From contig OZ025804.1 in the NCBI GenBank assembly GCA_964019425.1, forward strand, positions 1,054,001 through 1,118,000: a stretch of 64,000 nt of DNA, in the 5' to 3' direction. This DNA comes from Flectonema sp. DT1601. Its lineage: Eukaryota. Below, piece by piece: positions 11,539 through 24,636 of this stretch. The notes beneath the pieces were generated by a model, which did not search any database, was not told where the DNA came from, and worked only from the letters and a program-made list of their open reading frames with translations. Position 1 is the first letter of the stretch. Every line of letters starts with the position of its first letter. The position numbers and the translations under genes are program-made.

Positions 11539-11934
11539 TTATTCCGGCATATGATCTCTAATCTGATGAGTTGCTGGTACTCTTTCTTTCACATCAAAAC
11601 AAGTCCACCCGTGGACTGGAGAACCTTTTCCGGCACCTTGTTTTGCGATATTTTTATCCATACACATTTTGTATATGTGACCTCCAATACACCACGAACA
11701 GTGTTTGTCGTCATTACGAGAAAAGCATTCGTCAACATCTTTACTTGCGTAACATGGATCAGTGCATCGGGGATCACCACATGGCTGATCACAGCATACA
11801 TTGCTGTCAGGACAGCATTGCAAATGAAAACAGCATTTTGAATCTTCTCCGCAAGTCGCTCCCAACGCTGCACACTTTCCGTCATCAGCAGCTGAAACAA
11901 CCAAAAGAGTAGCTGCCAGGAATAGTCTTAGCAT
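11539..11934 (-). CDS. Small secreted cysteine-rich protein
   Basis: Signal peptide MLRLFLAATLLVVSA, knottin-like C-x6-C-x5-CC spacing, followed by a PSI-like CxWC segment. Confidence 0.75.
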   Translation of the reverse strand: MLRLFLAATLLVVSAADDGKCAALGATCGEDSKCCFHLQCCPDSNVCCDQPCGDPRCTDPCYASKDVDECFSRNDDKHCSWCIGGHIYKMCMDKNIAKQGAGKGSPVHGWTCFDVKERVPATHQIRDHMPE

Positions 11935-12250
11935 TGTTTTTTATTTTATTTTTTTTTTTTAAATGATCTTTTTCTTTAATTAATTAAAACTTACTGATCG
12001 CGCATATTTAAAAAAAAAAAATTAAAAAAAAAGAACAAACGCTTCGGGGATTCCTGTTATCCCGCTATGAGGCTACTCATATGTTGTTAAACCCTGAGAG
12101 AGAGAATATATAAATCAAAAAAAAAAAAAGAAGAAAAAGAGAAAAAAAGAGTAGAACGATTGGAATTCCGATTACACGCACAGGCTCAGGATTTACTTTG
12201 TTGTTATGTTTACCTCTCGTATCTTGTATTTGTTCGTGTAGTGTTTTCTG

Positions 12251-15174
12251 TTAACCTTCCTCATCCCCAGCAGCATGTGTATAATTTTCCCAATCGAGGT
12301 GGGGTACATCATCGTAGTTCTTTCCTCTCGGGATGAGTAGCTTATCTGTATTACGAAGCAACATTCCCACAACTGATGTTGCGAACATTCGATCTGAGGA
12401 AGCCGAAGGAAATTCCCATCCTCGTTTACCTTCCTCTGTCTTCATCACAAGGAGAACATGTTTTGCCTGTTGTTTTTTTTTTTTTTTTTTCTTCCCCTTC
12501 CAAACTAAAAATCTCAGAATAACGCGCCTACCAAAAATGATAGTTTGAGAAAATGAGTGGTAACTTGATACTGTGATCAAATATAAAGCAACTTGAAACT
12601 GGCTAAAACGAATATAGGGTTCGGTCAAACCTGGTTGCAATGAAAAGAGAACAACAGTTGGTATCGATAAAACATCACATGTGTGAATATGGGGATTCGG
12701 GGGGTCACGTACTACAGGTTGAGCACCCATGCCCTGTAGTCGGTGAGGTTCCTAACGAAATACGGGGGAAAAAAAAAAGGGAAAACACCTAATTCCACAA
12801 AAAAGAGAGCGTGACATCGGCAATTCAAAATAAGACCAGACGTGGCAGAAGTGTCAAAACACATGCATATGGCAATCAGAGTTTTCTTTTTAGAGAGGGA
12901 TAAACATTGTTGAACAAGTCAGTGGCCAGTAAGTCAGTCAGAATCTGTCGTTGAAGTTGAGTAAGATGTGCACTTAAAGAGTGTTTCCCATTGTCCTTCA
13001 CCCAGTGGTGTGACAGCATGGTTGCTTGCTGCGTTAGCACTCCCCCGAACGAACAACTCCACTGCCGGAACAGGATAGTTCGCAGGAACTTCGGGATGCA
13101 ACTCGCGTCGGCTGGCGTAGGTAACAACGGGTGTTCTTTATCACCGATAAAAGACTCCCTTGCCGAGTCTCCTTGAACACCGCGTTGGGACACCCGAAGG
13201 TCAGTAAGCGTCTGACCACCTTTCAAGGTTTGAGTTAAGCAGATAATGATGGGCACGATTTCCGTACTTGTCCTTTATCCCTTGAAGCACGTCTCGGCCT
13301 CTGTTTTGATGCTTAGCTTGCTAATCTTCCATTCTAGCAAGGTCGCATCAACCTTCGGTATCTTGGTCTGGCCGGCCACGTTGCCAACCAAGTGCTGCAC
13401 GCACAAAGCATGGTGCAACACGACTCCGTGCAGGGAGGTGTCGGACTCCAACCCCTTCTGCCTGTCGGAAATCAAGACGAACCTTTTTAGTCGGTCGCCA
13501 AAATGGTTCTTCAGGTGGGTGTGGTGGTATGCCCATCCCTCGTGGTTTTCGACCACTCCAACCGAGTAGGCTAAAGGCATAACATGCCTTTCGGCGTCGA
13601 TCCCCACGGTGATGAACAAGCACCCACCAAACGGACCCGTCAGACTACATGCATCGCTGCAGGTGCTCAGCTGTTTCTGGCCTCACAAAGGACCAAAACA
13701 CCCTCTCGAAGGCACCATCATCTCTCTTCTCGATGTTCCAGTACATCTGGCTGTTGCGCTGTTGGAGGTCGGTGAGGTACGGTGCTATCAGGCCGTACTG
13801 CTCGCCCATCAACCCGTGGACCTTCTCCTTGGCTTTCTCCAGACTCCACCGTCTTTTTGGGGACCGCAACGTCGCGGAATGACTTTAAGTCAATTGCCGC
13901 TTGTTTCGGTCCGTAGTCAAATTGACTGGCTACCTTCTCTTCCAAAATACTGGAAATCCAGTCCGACGTGCCGTCGCAGCCCCGCCTCGCTTCCCCAGGT
14001 GCGCAAGTGTGACCCACCTTCGTCACGCGGCACCAACTTTGTCTTCACCGTCCATTTGCATTCGTCGTTTGGACAGGCGAGGGTGAGGTACGTGACCTTC
14101 TCTGGACCCTACAGCTGTGTCCTAGCAGTGTTCACCCGAAATACAGTCTGAATCAGCTCTTCCTGTGTGCGGAAGTAGTCTCCAACAGCATAAGTAGTAG
14201 CAGGCATCTTTTAATTTTTTTTGTGGAAAGCTGCGACAAAAAGAAATTTGTAATATAAGAATTTTTTTTAAAAAAAAATCGGTCAAGTTCGAGTCCCGGT
14301 GGGGTAACATTTTTCCCTTAGGCCGATGGTCAATTTTTCGGGTCAAGTTAGAGGTTTTCCCAAAAAAAAAAAAAAAAATACACACCTTCATGTAGGCATC
14401 TAAATAACTGAGACACCAACCCCCACCCTGATTTACAGTATTTCTTACAAAATAATCACCCGGAGCTTTCAATAAGAGATTATAATTTTTTCGATCAGCA
14501 AGAGGTTGGAAGCATCCCTGTCTCAACAAGAGACTCAACGATTTTGGGGATTGATGACTATATGGATACCAACAAAGAAGAAAGTACGAGTACTCATGAA
14601 TGGTTACTTTATCACTTTGGATGTAGGTCATCGTGTCATAGAGAGCTTGTCGCCATAAGTTATGTTGAGATGTTTCTAAATCACAGAAATAATGAACACA
14701 ATAAATATTAAATATCTCATTGAATGGAATGACTGTTCTATTTCCAAAGTTAGTTTCCCACCAGTGAATGTTTTTTTGCATCTCATCGGGTTGGTTTGTT
14801 TTTGATAAGATATGTGACATCACTTCCGCTGGAGTTATTTTCTTTTTGAGATAAAGTTCTAAGATACTCTCCAACAGATCGAAGTGTCTCGCTAATATTG
14901 ATCGGCATTTACATTGGACTTCAAAAGCATCGTGGTCAACAGTCTCATTCAACCATTTTATCGATTTCCTACAACAACAACCGATGCTTTCAAGAGTCGA
15001 AGCCAACGGTTCGAATTGAGTTACTTCATCACAGCGACCTCCTAATTTCTTCATCAGCCGTTGCATTCTATCTATGAATTCAATGACGTGTTTTACGACG
15101 TCATCAGTAATAGATAATTCTGACATCACGTCGTGTAGTTCTTGCATTCCAGTGGTAGCGGATGTGAAAGACAT
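12251..15174 (-). CDS. Cbl TKB-like (EF-hand + variant SH2) protein with a second SH2-like segment; intron 1 contains a MULE
   Basis: WWETNFGNRTVIPF...DKVTIHEYSYFLLCWYPY...PGDYFVRNTVNQGGGWCLSY resembles the Cbl N-terminus as I recall it (FWRKAFGEKTIVPW...[20 protein letters not shown]). Exon 1 (14386-15174) splices in phase 0 to the acceptor at 12751, in frame with ORF 12251-12730. A further short intron ending at ~12467 is probable. Confidence 0.65.
12779..14361 (-). mobile_element. Degenerate Mutator-like (MULE) DNA transposon
   Basis: Imperfect TIRs GGGAAAACACCTAATTCCAC / GGGAAAACCTCTAACTTGAC (15/20). Flanked on both sides by A-runs (10 and 17 A), compatible with a 9-10-bp TSD. Contains internal transposase remnants and is GC-richer than the host. 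Confidence 0.8.
13275..14207 (-). pseudogene. MuDR/MULE transposase, frameshifted and with stops
   Basis: Starts MPATTYAVGDYFRTQEEL (MuDR N-terminus-like). Core FITVGIDAERHVMPLAYSVGVVEN...LISDRQKGL...HALCVQHL carries the MULE SD and CxxH motifs. The coding sequence is split over several frames. Confidence 0.85.
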
Positions 15175-15875
15175 ATTTTTTTTTATTTTTTTTTTTTTTA
15201 TACTTTCCCCTCTCTCATTCCCTTCGCAGTGCTGTGAAAATTATAAATTTGAGAAAATAAGAAATTTCAAGTCCCCTTTTGGTTTCTATCTGCAAAAAAT
15301 ATGTTTAGTTTTTTTTTTTTTTTTTTTTTTTTGAAAAAACAAAAACTGGAAAAAACAAAAAAACCTTTTTGTGCGGGTTAAATATATTCTGCCACTGTGT
15401 CGGAGCGTTGTTGACTACTAGGCGATAAAAAGAAAAATAGGCAAGAAAGTAATTAGTTTTTTTTTTTTTTTTTCGAAAGAAAATAATGGGAAACCCCCCT
15501 CGGACAACAGGCCTCTTCTGGAAGTTGCTTCCCGACTGCAGAAGGAAAAAAAAAAAAAAAAAAAAAAAAAAATCTCGCAATTGAGAACGTTGCCTAATGA
15601 TGTACAAATTACCACTGCCATCCGTATTGTGCTGCTTCTCGCAAATATTTTAGTTTTTAAAAAAAACATTATAAAGAATTAGACACTACGTATTAGCACC
15701 AGTAATCACGTCAACCTTACGATCTCACATATATAAAATAAAAAAGGTTGTTTAGTATATAAAATAAAGCAGGCGTTGAGTTACAGCGGCAGTACTATTT
15801 TGGCTTTTTTTTTTTTTCAGGATAGCGATAAAGGGGGTTGGGGTGGGTGGGGAACTATATAGTGATCACCAAGCC

Positions 15876-16262
15876 CTATTCTTTCTTGATGATCAGAGGA
15901 CCGACATTGTCACCAGTCTCTTTGTTGTGCTTGGTGTGAGATCCATCACAGTATGGGAAATTCTTTGATTTCCAACAACGGCACAACACAAGCTTATCTC
16001 CCTTGGCCATTCCCTCTGGGATTGGGATCGCGTTTACAACCTGTTTTTATTTTATTTTTTTTTCTGCGTGTGCAAATAAGTCATTATAAAAATAGAGGGG
16101 AAAATATACCTTCTCACTGTCCATATCGATCTTGTTGTTAACTCTATTGTTGCCGAAAAACAACAAACTAGTGATCACACCTATAACAATTCCGGTTACC
16201 AAAATAGCAACATTGCACTCAGTAAATTCTGGAACCTTTGAGTAATTGGTCAGAAAATCCAT
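15876..16262 (-). CDS. CISD: CDGSH iron-sulfur domain protein (mitoNEET/CISD1-2 type), 2 exons
   Basis: Exons 16110-16262 and 15876-16040 give an N-terminal TM plus [31 protein letters not shown], the classic NEET motif. Confidence 0.95.
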
Positions 16263-16868
16263 TTCTTTTTTTTTTTTTTTTTTTTTTTTGTATAAAGAGG
16301 AACTGCAGAGAGAGAGTGGGAAACTAATTTATTTTGAAAAAATAATAATTAAAAAAAAAAACTGAAACTAAAAACCTAAAAATCTGTTAAGGGGGGGCAC
16401 ACAGTCAACTATAATGATGTTTAATTTAGCCTTTTTTTGAAGCAACCAAAAAATCAGGTCGAGATTCTTTACCTCTATACCTCCTATCACTGGTGATGAT
16501 GTAGAAGGCAGTAGGGGTAAAGGTTTATGAGTGATTTAACTAAACTTTTTTATGAGTCTAGTCGACTGAAGTTTTAAAAAAAAGAGGGGAAAAAAAAAAA
16601 CTAAAATCTAAAAAAACTAACAAAAGGGGAGAGAAGTACAATAACAGCAGGCAACCCACCAAAAAAGTTTTTTTTTTAAAATTGCACATTTTGAGGAAAA
16701 AAAATTGATTCTGTCAGTTGCGTACAAAGAGGATAGAGAGATAGGAATAGCGTACATAAGCAACAAGTTAAAGAGAGCATCAGGTTAACAATTTAATTTT
16801 TAAACAAATACGAAAGGGAACTACAATCCATTTCGTGTCCACATCAACAACAACATCTGCTGCGTAGT

Positions 16869-17999
16869 TTAAACAGCTCCAGATCTCGAACGGGCGATAC
16901 TATTCCAACCAGGACTAGTAATCATCCTCGATGATGGTAATGGTGGTGGTCTACGTGAAGTGACGTTCGTTGGATTATTTCTACGAATACCGGGAGGTGA
17001 AATGTAACTTTCCAAAGGCCTCGGTCTACGCAAACCCAACGCGGCATGATCTCGAGTAAACCTCGCAGGAGGAGCACGTCTTCTTGGCAGAGACGCCATC
17101 TCATCATTTGTCATCTTTAATATAGAATTCACATCATCATTACCATCATTGTTACTTCGAATAGTTTCCCAATTAAATTGTTTGAAACTTGGAGGTGGCG
17201 GTGGTTCTGAGACTGAAGCAACAAACGGTTTTCCGACAAAAACAAATGAAGTACTCTCTTCATCTCTGCCTTGATCTTCTTCCCAAGACCGTCTAAGAAG
17301 CTCTTCTACTTCATTGTCAACGAAATGTTCTTTTTTTGGGGGGATGGGAATCACTTGATCCTCGATTTTAACTTGCCTCATCCCGGGTGAATCAACGGTG
17401 TCGACATCGACAACACAAACATACTGAGATGATGGCTTCTGGAATGCTTCTACGGCTTCTGCTGGAGTGTATATTTTTAAATTATTAACTGAGATAACCC
17501 TCATTCCAGATTTAAGGCCTTGCTGTTCCGCAGGACTGTCAGGTTCGAGGAGACCGATTACAGGGCGGTGTTCCTCGAAGTATAATCCAAATGATGTGCC
17601 CGGTGGTTTTGTGAGAACTAATTCACGGAAATTACCTGGCCCGAGATTATAGCGTTCTGCGAGACGATTCGAATATAACTTCCATTCAGCCGTGTCTTTT
17701 CTATCATTTGCCTCATCATATGATATAAATCCCAACTTATGCTCACCAGTACTATCCTTAGCCTTATCCGTTACAGCTAGTCTGGGGTCATCTTCAACCT
17801 TCATTGCAGCAGGAAGGACTGTTGGTATCGGTTTTTCATTTATTTTTGCTATCATGCCTTGCCTAACCCACTCTTGCATTATCATTTTTTTGGTATTTCT
17901 CTCACCCACTAATTTGCAACCGATGCATATAAATATTGCGCAAAGCACCACAGCAGCTGAGACAATCACATAGTGATACCACTCGACTGTGAACGCCAT
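16869..17999 (-). CDS. Single-pass membrane protein with a PDZ domain and a Pro-rich tail
   Basis: N-terminal TM; KPPGTSFGLYF...PDSPAEQQGLKSGMRVISVNN is a PDZ pattern. Confidence 0.85.
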   Translation of the reverse strand: MAFTVEWYHYVIVSAAVVLCAIFICIGCKLVGERNTKKMIMQEWVRQGMIAKINEKPIPTVLPAAMKVEDDPRLAVTDKAKDSTGEHKLGFISYDEANDRKDTAEWKLYSNRLAERYNLGPGNFRELVLTKPPGTSFGLYFEEHRPVIGLLEPDSPAEQQGLKSGMRVISVNNLKIYTPAEAVEAFQKPSSQYVCVVDVDTVDSPGMRQVKIEDQVIPIPPKKEHFVDNEVEELLRRSWEEDQGRDEESTSFVFVGKPFVASVSEPPPPPSFKQFNWETIRSNNDGNDDVNSILKMTNDEMASLPRRRAPPARFTRDHAALGLRRPRPLESYISPPGIRRNNPTNVTSRRPPPLPSSRMITSPGWNSIARSRSGAV

Positions 18000-18047
18000 C
18001 ACATCTTTTTTGTTAAATTTATTTCACTTTCTGAAGTAAATGTATAA

Positions 18048-18084
<37 letters not shown>

Positions 18085-18921
18085 CTTCCTTGCTATCCTT
18101 AATATGTGGGATCATGTCCATGGTCTAATTCTGAAGAATTTAAAAAAAAAAAAAAACACACAAACTGACGAAAACCCAACCAACACGAAGACATGTACTC
18201 ACAAACCAGGGTAACAGGTATCGCCATCACATCACATTTTTTTTTTTAAACCTTTGTATAATTCTCAACTCTCACGCCCAGCCCATTATGCAGGTGCTTC
18301 AATATGCCCATGGCGAATTCTGCAGGGAAAAAAAAGAGAAGAAAGGAAAAAAAACACGCATACAGCCAACACATAAGCAACCAATACAAAGATGATACCC
18401 GCACATAGGAGCTGGGGGGAAACCGGGATGGAGGAATGTGTGGGGGTGGAAAAAAAAAAAAAAAAGAAGACGAAGAAGGGATTGAAAATTTTTTTTATTT
18501 TATTTTTTTCTTTTCTTCTTTTCTATTTAGTTGATATTTGTTTAACCGACTGAAGATGAAAAACTATCTTCAGCCCACATTAGTCTTGTTCAAATCACTA
18601 AGAACAGTTGTGTGTTTGATAGTGTTTTCTTTTTTGGTATTTATTTTTCACTTTTATCCAGTTTCTTTTTTTTGTTCTCTTTCTTTTTTAAATTTTTTTT
18701 CAAAACTTATCATTTCTTGTACAACGTTGCAAAAGGGGATTTTAAATTTTTTTTTCGTTTTTTTTTTTTTTTAAAGTGCAGTCAAAGAACTGCGTTGATA
18801 GTAAAAGAAGAAGAGAAAAAAAAAAGTCAAGCAAAAAGGTGATACAGGGGGGAGAGAAGAAGAGAACGAAAATAACAAAAAAAAAAGGAAGTGAGAACAA
18901 TAGTTTTTTTAATTGGGAATT

Positions 18922-18957
<36 letters not shown>

Positions 18958-20192
18958 CTTTCATAACAAAAACAGTTTCCTTCAAGAAGTTTTACCGCCT
19001 GCTACAGTCGCTACCGGTTGACAATTCTGAATGGAGAAAAAAAAAAAAAAAGAAAACAGGAGAAGAACTAACCTGGAATTTTTTGTTTTTTTTTCTGCCG
19101 TGTTCCATCCATATAATGTAACCACCACTACAACAACATACCTGAGAATATGGGTGGTGGTTGCAATTTTCTCCGTCGTGCTTATGTCTGTATCCAGACT
19201 ACTTTAAGTGTCCCTCATTTTTTTTTTTTTTTTTTTTTTTTTTCTTTCTTCTCTCCCCGATCTCTCTAGTGCTTGCACAAAGAGTTAACGGATGTACCTG
19301 TGGCAAGCAACCACAAAACTGTGAATAAATTGATCACTGCAAGAGAAGGTAACAGCGACAAAGGGGGGGAAATGAGAGAGAGAGAGAGGAAGGTCAAAAA
19401 AAAAAAAAAAATGGCAATAAATAAAGTTAGATGGTTTTAAGAAAAAAAAGGGGGGAAAACTTCTCTTGCTCAACTAAGTCAGTCAACAAAGCCAGAGACA
19501 AGATAAAAGTAAATTTTTTAAAAAAAATTGTTTTGGGAAGTTGATATGGGGGGAGGAAAGGAGGGAGAAAAAAAAAAAAATCCCCTACGCAACAACAAAG
19601 ATGTAAGGCTGGATTGGGCAGAAAAATAAGAACCATTGATAAAGTAAACCAGGCGACCGATACCCATGCAAGCATGCAACCACTCGTGAAGTATCCTTGG
19701 AAAAGCAAAAAAAAAAAACTTTTTTGATTTTTCTTTTTTTTTTTTTCTTCTTTTTTTTTTTTCCCCCCTCCCACGATCCATCGCTGATGCTTCCAACAAG
19801 ATGCCGTTTTTTAAGTCTTTTATTCTTCAAAGAAAAAGAGGGAAAAAAAAAACAGCACATATCTGTTTTCATGTAAAAAACCTCATTGCTGATATGCTTC
19901 GAAGGAAAAAAACAGAAGAAGGGGAATAGAGAGAAACTTTTTTTTTTTTTTTTCATTCTGTTAAGGACGGAACTGAAGACAAACTAAGAGAGGAACACTG
20001 TTGACCACTCCCAAACAACCGCAAACTGACATTTTTTGCTTAGATGAATGGAGAGGGGTACAGGGTAGGTTATATTTCCTTTCATTTATTTTATTTAATT
20101 TTTTTTTTTCTTTTTTCTTTTATAACTTTAAAAGATCGTCCATTTTTCTATTTCTAGCGGAGTCCTCACCGGTGATCATATGCCGGGGCTTC

Positions 20193-22272
<2,080 letters not shown>

Positions 22273-22617
22273 GTTTCCGATGGGGTTTTTTTTTTTTTTT
22301 TATTCTAGAAAAGGTTTTTCAAAAAAAAGATTATTTAAAAAAAAGAAAACAAAAAACAACAGCAGTAAAAAAAATTTTCATCTGGCATTTCTAACAATAA
22401 TATTGATTTTTCATCGTTGGGTATAAAGTTTTTTTTTTTTTTTTTTTTTTTAATTAATAATTATGGAAAAAAAAGATTTAGGATCAGAAAAAATTAACTT
22501 CATTTTTTCAGAAACCTTACCTTTTTTAAAATCAAGAGGGATACAGTATCAAAAATGAACAAAAGGATGACAACCGTTAAAGGAAGAGATGTGTATGGCA
22601 AACATCTCTGATGCCTA

Positions 22618-23805
22618 CTAGTAAACCAACTCACCTGTTATTAATATTCTCGGCATCACACCATCAACTGCCATGGTAATCACTAACAACACAAGAGCGT
22701 ATTGGATATCCATGTAGTTGGCTACAATAATACAAACAATAGGCATTGTAAGCCTCAGTATGTGTGAGGGGGATATGGCGAATTTAATTTTTGTCTCATG
22801 AGATGTAGGAATGATGTTAGGATCAGATGTAGAAGTAGTTTCATATTGGAAGCCATCAATCAGTTTTACAGAAAGCAACAGATGAGCTATAACAATTTGA
22901 TTGCAATATTGAGGAAGGTGAATACCATCGCCAGGATAACAATATTTCCACGTTGACAGGTGTCTGGTAGGAACTACCACAACGTTGTCTGATTCTTTCA
23001 GTCTCGGTACTAAAACCGATCTTAAGTAACCATGAATTCTATGAAACATATAACAAGCTAATTTACTTCGTTTTTTACTATACCATCGAAGCCCGTCACA
23101 TCCGGGAGCTATCGTTTCCATCCAAACTACTCTCGGATTTGTTTTATTCGTTACAGTTGATATAAATTGAGGTACCCATTTGTTCAACGTACTAAAAACC
23201 ATTTCAGAACTACTCAACACATCTTTCGCATATTTTCTTTTATAAACAATGTGTGGGTCATGAAGTCCACTTGATACGAATATCGACGACGGGTTGTAAG
23301 AAACTATATTGTCCCACCCTAAGGTAATCGATTCAAACGTGAAATAACCAAACCAATAAACATCAATGGAATACGACAAAGAAGGATGTTTAAAAACATA
23401 ATGCTCAGTACCTGTTCTTTGTGATGTCTTCACCGTACTAAATATCGGACCTATATGTGGACCAGAGCTGTTAGTTAAAAAAGAACGCAGAGCATAACCC
23501 AACGTGCTGTCACCTACAAACGCTAGTGGACCTTTTCCAAATGCTTTCCAAGGACTAGAGTCAATAAGGTTAACTGTACAATTATCTTGCCTCATGAGTT
23601 CTTCTTTCCAAGGATTCACGTCCCAAAAACTCGCACCAAAATTATACCATTTTGGTATATTTGAAATGCAGGTCTGTCCCTTATTTTGATGTTCAGGTTC
23701 AATATTCTTATCTAATTCATTCATCCATTCTTCCGACCACAATTCGACATTTTTTGTGTTTGTGTTTGTGACTATCAATCCAGTTATTATAACCAGTATT
23801 AACAT
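22618..23805 (-). CDS. SGNH/PC-esterase-like membrane protein (putative glycan O-acyltransferase/esterase)
   Basis: N-terminal hydrophobic leader, FVGDS motif, DGIH (DxxH) motif and C-terminal hydrophobic helices. The ORF stays open upstream to a captured ATG at 23895. Confidence 0.65.
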   Translation of the reverse strand: MLILVIITGLIVTNTNTKNVELWSEEWMNELDKNIEPEHQNKGQTCISNIPKWYNFGASFWDVNPWKEELMRQDNCTVNLIDSSPWKAFGKGPLAFVGDSTLGYALRSFLTNSSGPHIGPIFSTVKTSQRTGTEHYVFKHPSLSYSIDVYWFGYFTFESITLGWDNIVSYNPSSIFVSSGLHDPHIVYKRKYAKDVLSSSEMVFSTLNKWVPQFISTVTNKTNPRVVWMETIAPGCDGLRWYSKKRSKLACYMFHRIHGYLRSVLVPRLKESDNVVVVPTRHLSTWKYCYPGDGIHLPQYCNQIVIAHLLLSVKLIDGFQYETTSTSDPNIIPTSHETKIKFAISPSHILRLTMPIVCIIVANYMDIQYALVLLVITMAVDGVMPRILITGELVY

Positions 23806-24636
23806 TTCCCTGTTTTTTTTAAAATAATAATTCCACAGCCACAATAAGTATTCCAGGAAGAGCTTGGTTCCACATCCTGATGCCCACTTGCACATTTTGT
23901 TTTCTCGGAGGTGGTACTGGGTCTTGGGATGCTGTTGAGGGAGGTGAACGAGAGATGAAAAAGGTTTGAATGCCTTCACCACACACATTATCAAATGTTT
24001 AAACAATTTGTTTTTTACACGCCGTTAATATAAAAATGCGTTAGTTTCCTTTCGCAAAAAATAAACGTACCGATCTTCACTTCCCCAAAACTATTATTCC
24101 CTTCCCTTTCCTTCAAACACCTCATTACCTGTGGGGTGGCACTAAAATGAATAGATTGAGGGAATCATATTTTTATACAATCAACTTCATAGTATTACAC
24201 TTTTAACAAAAAACATTAATTAAAACAACAACACAAATATTTAAGAATCGATTCACTACTTCTCTTTTTATAACACTGCTCGAAGACAGCCCTATTATTA
24301 CTAGGCAGCTGAACAGACTCGAGGGCGATGGTTTTGGTCAGGAATCCATCTCCTACTTCAGTCACACTACTAAGGCCTGAAAGGTCAAGAGCAGTGAGTT
24401 GTGAACAGGAACATAAGAAATTATTTCCAATAGTTGTGACACTACTGAAACCTGAAAGGTCAATAGTAGTGAGGCCTGAACAGGTAGACAAGAAACGTTC
24501 TTCAATAGCTGTGAGACTACTAAGACCTGAAAGGTCAACAGCAGTGAGTTGTGAACAGGAATATAAGAAATCCTTTCCAATAGTTGTGACACTACTAAGA
24601 CCAGAAAGGTCAATAGTAGTGAGGCGTGAACTTTTA

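Noticed and set aside
14122..14385. C-terminal extension of the 350-aa ORF (VCIFFFF...GEHC)
   Set aside because: Read-through of intron and MULE terminal sequence; the real frame resumes at 12751.
18500..20000. Phe/Lys-rich short ORFs (also at 7000-8600, 15300-15700 and 61600-62400)
   Set aside because: Translations of poly-T/poly-A tracts in UTR or intergenic DNA.
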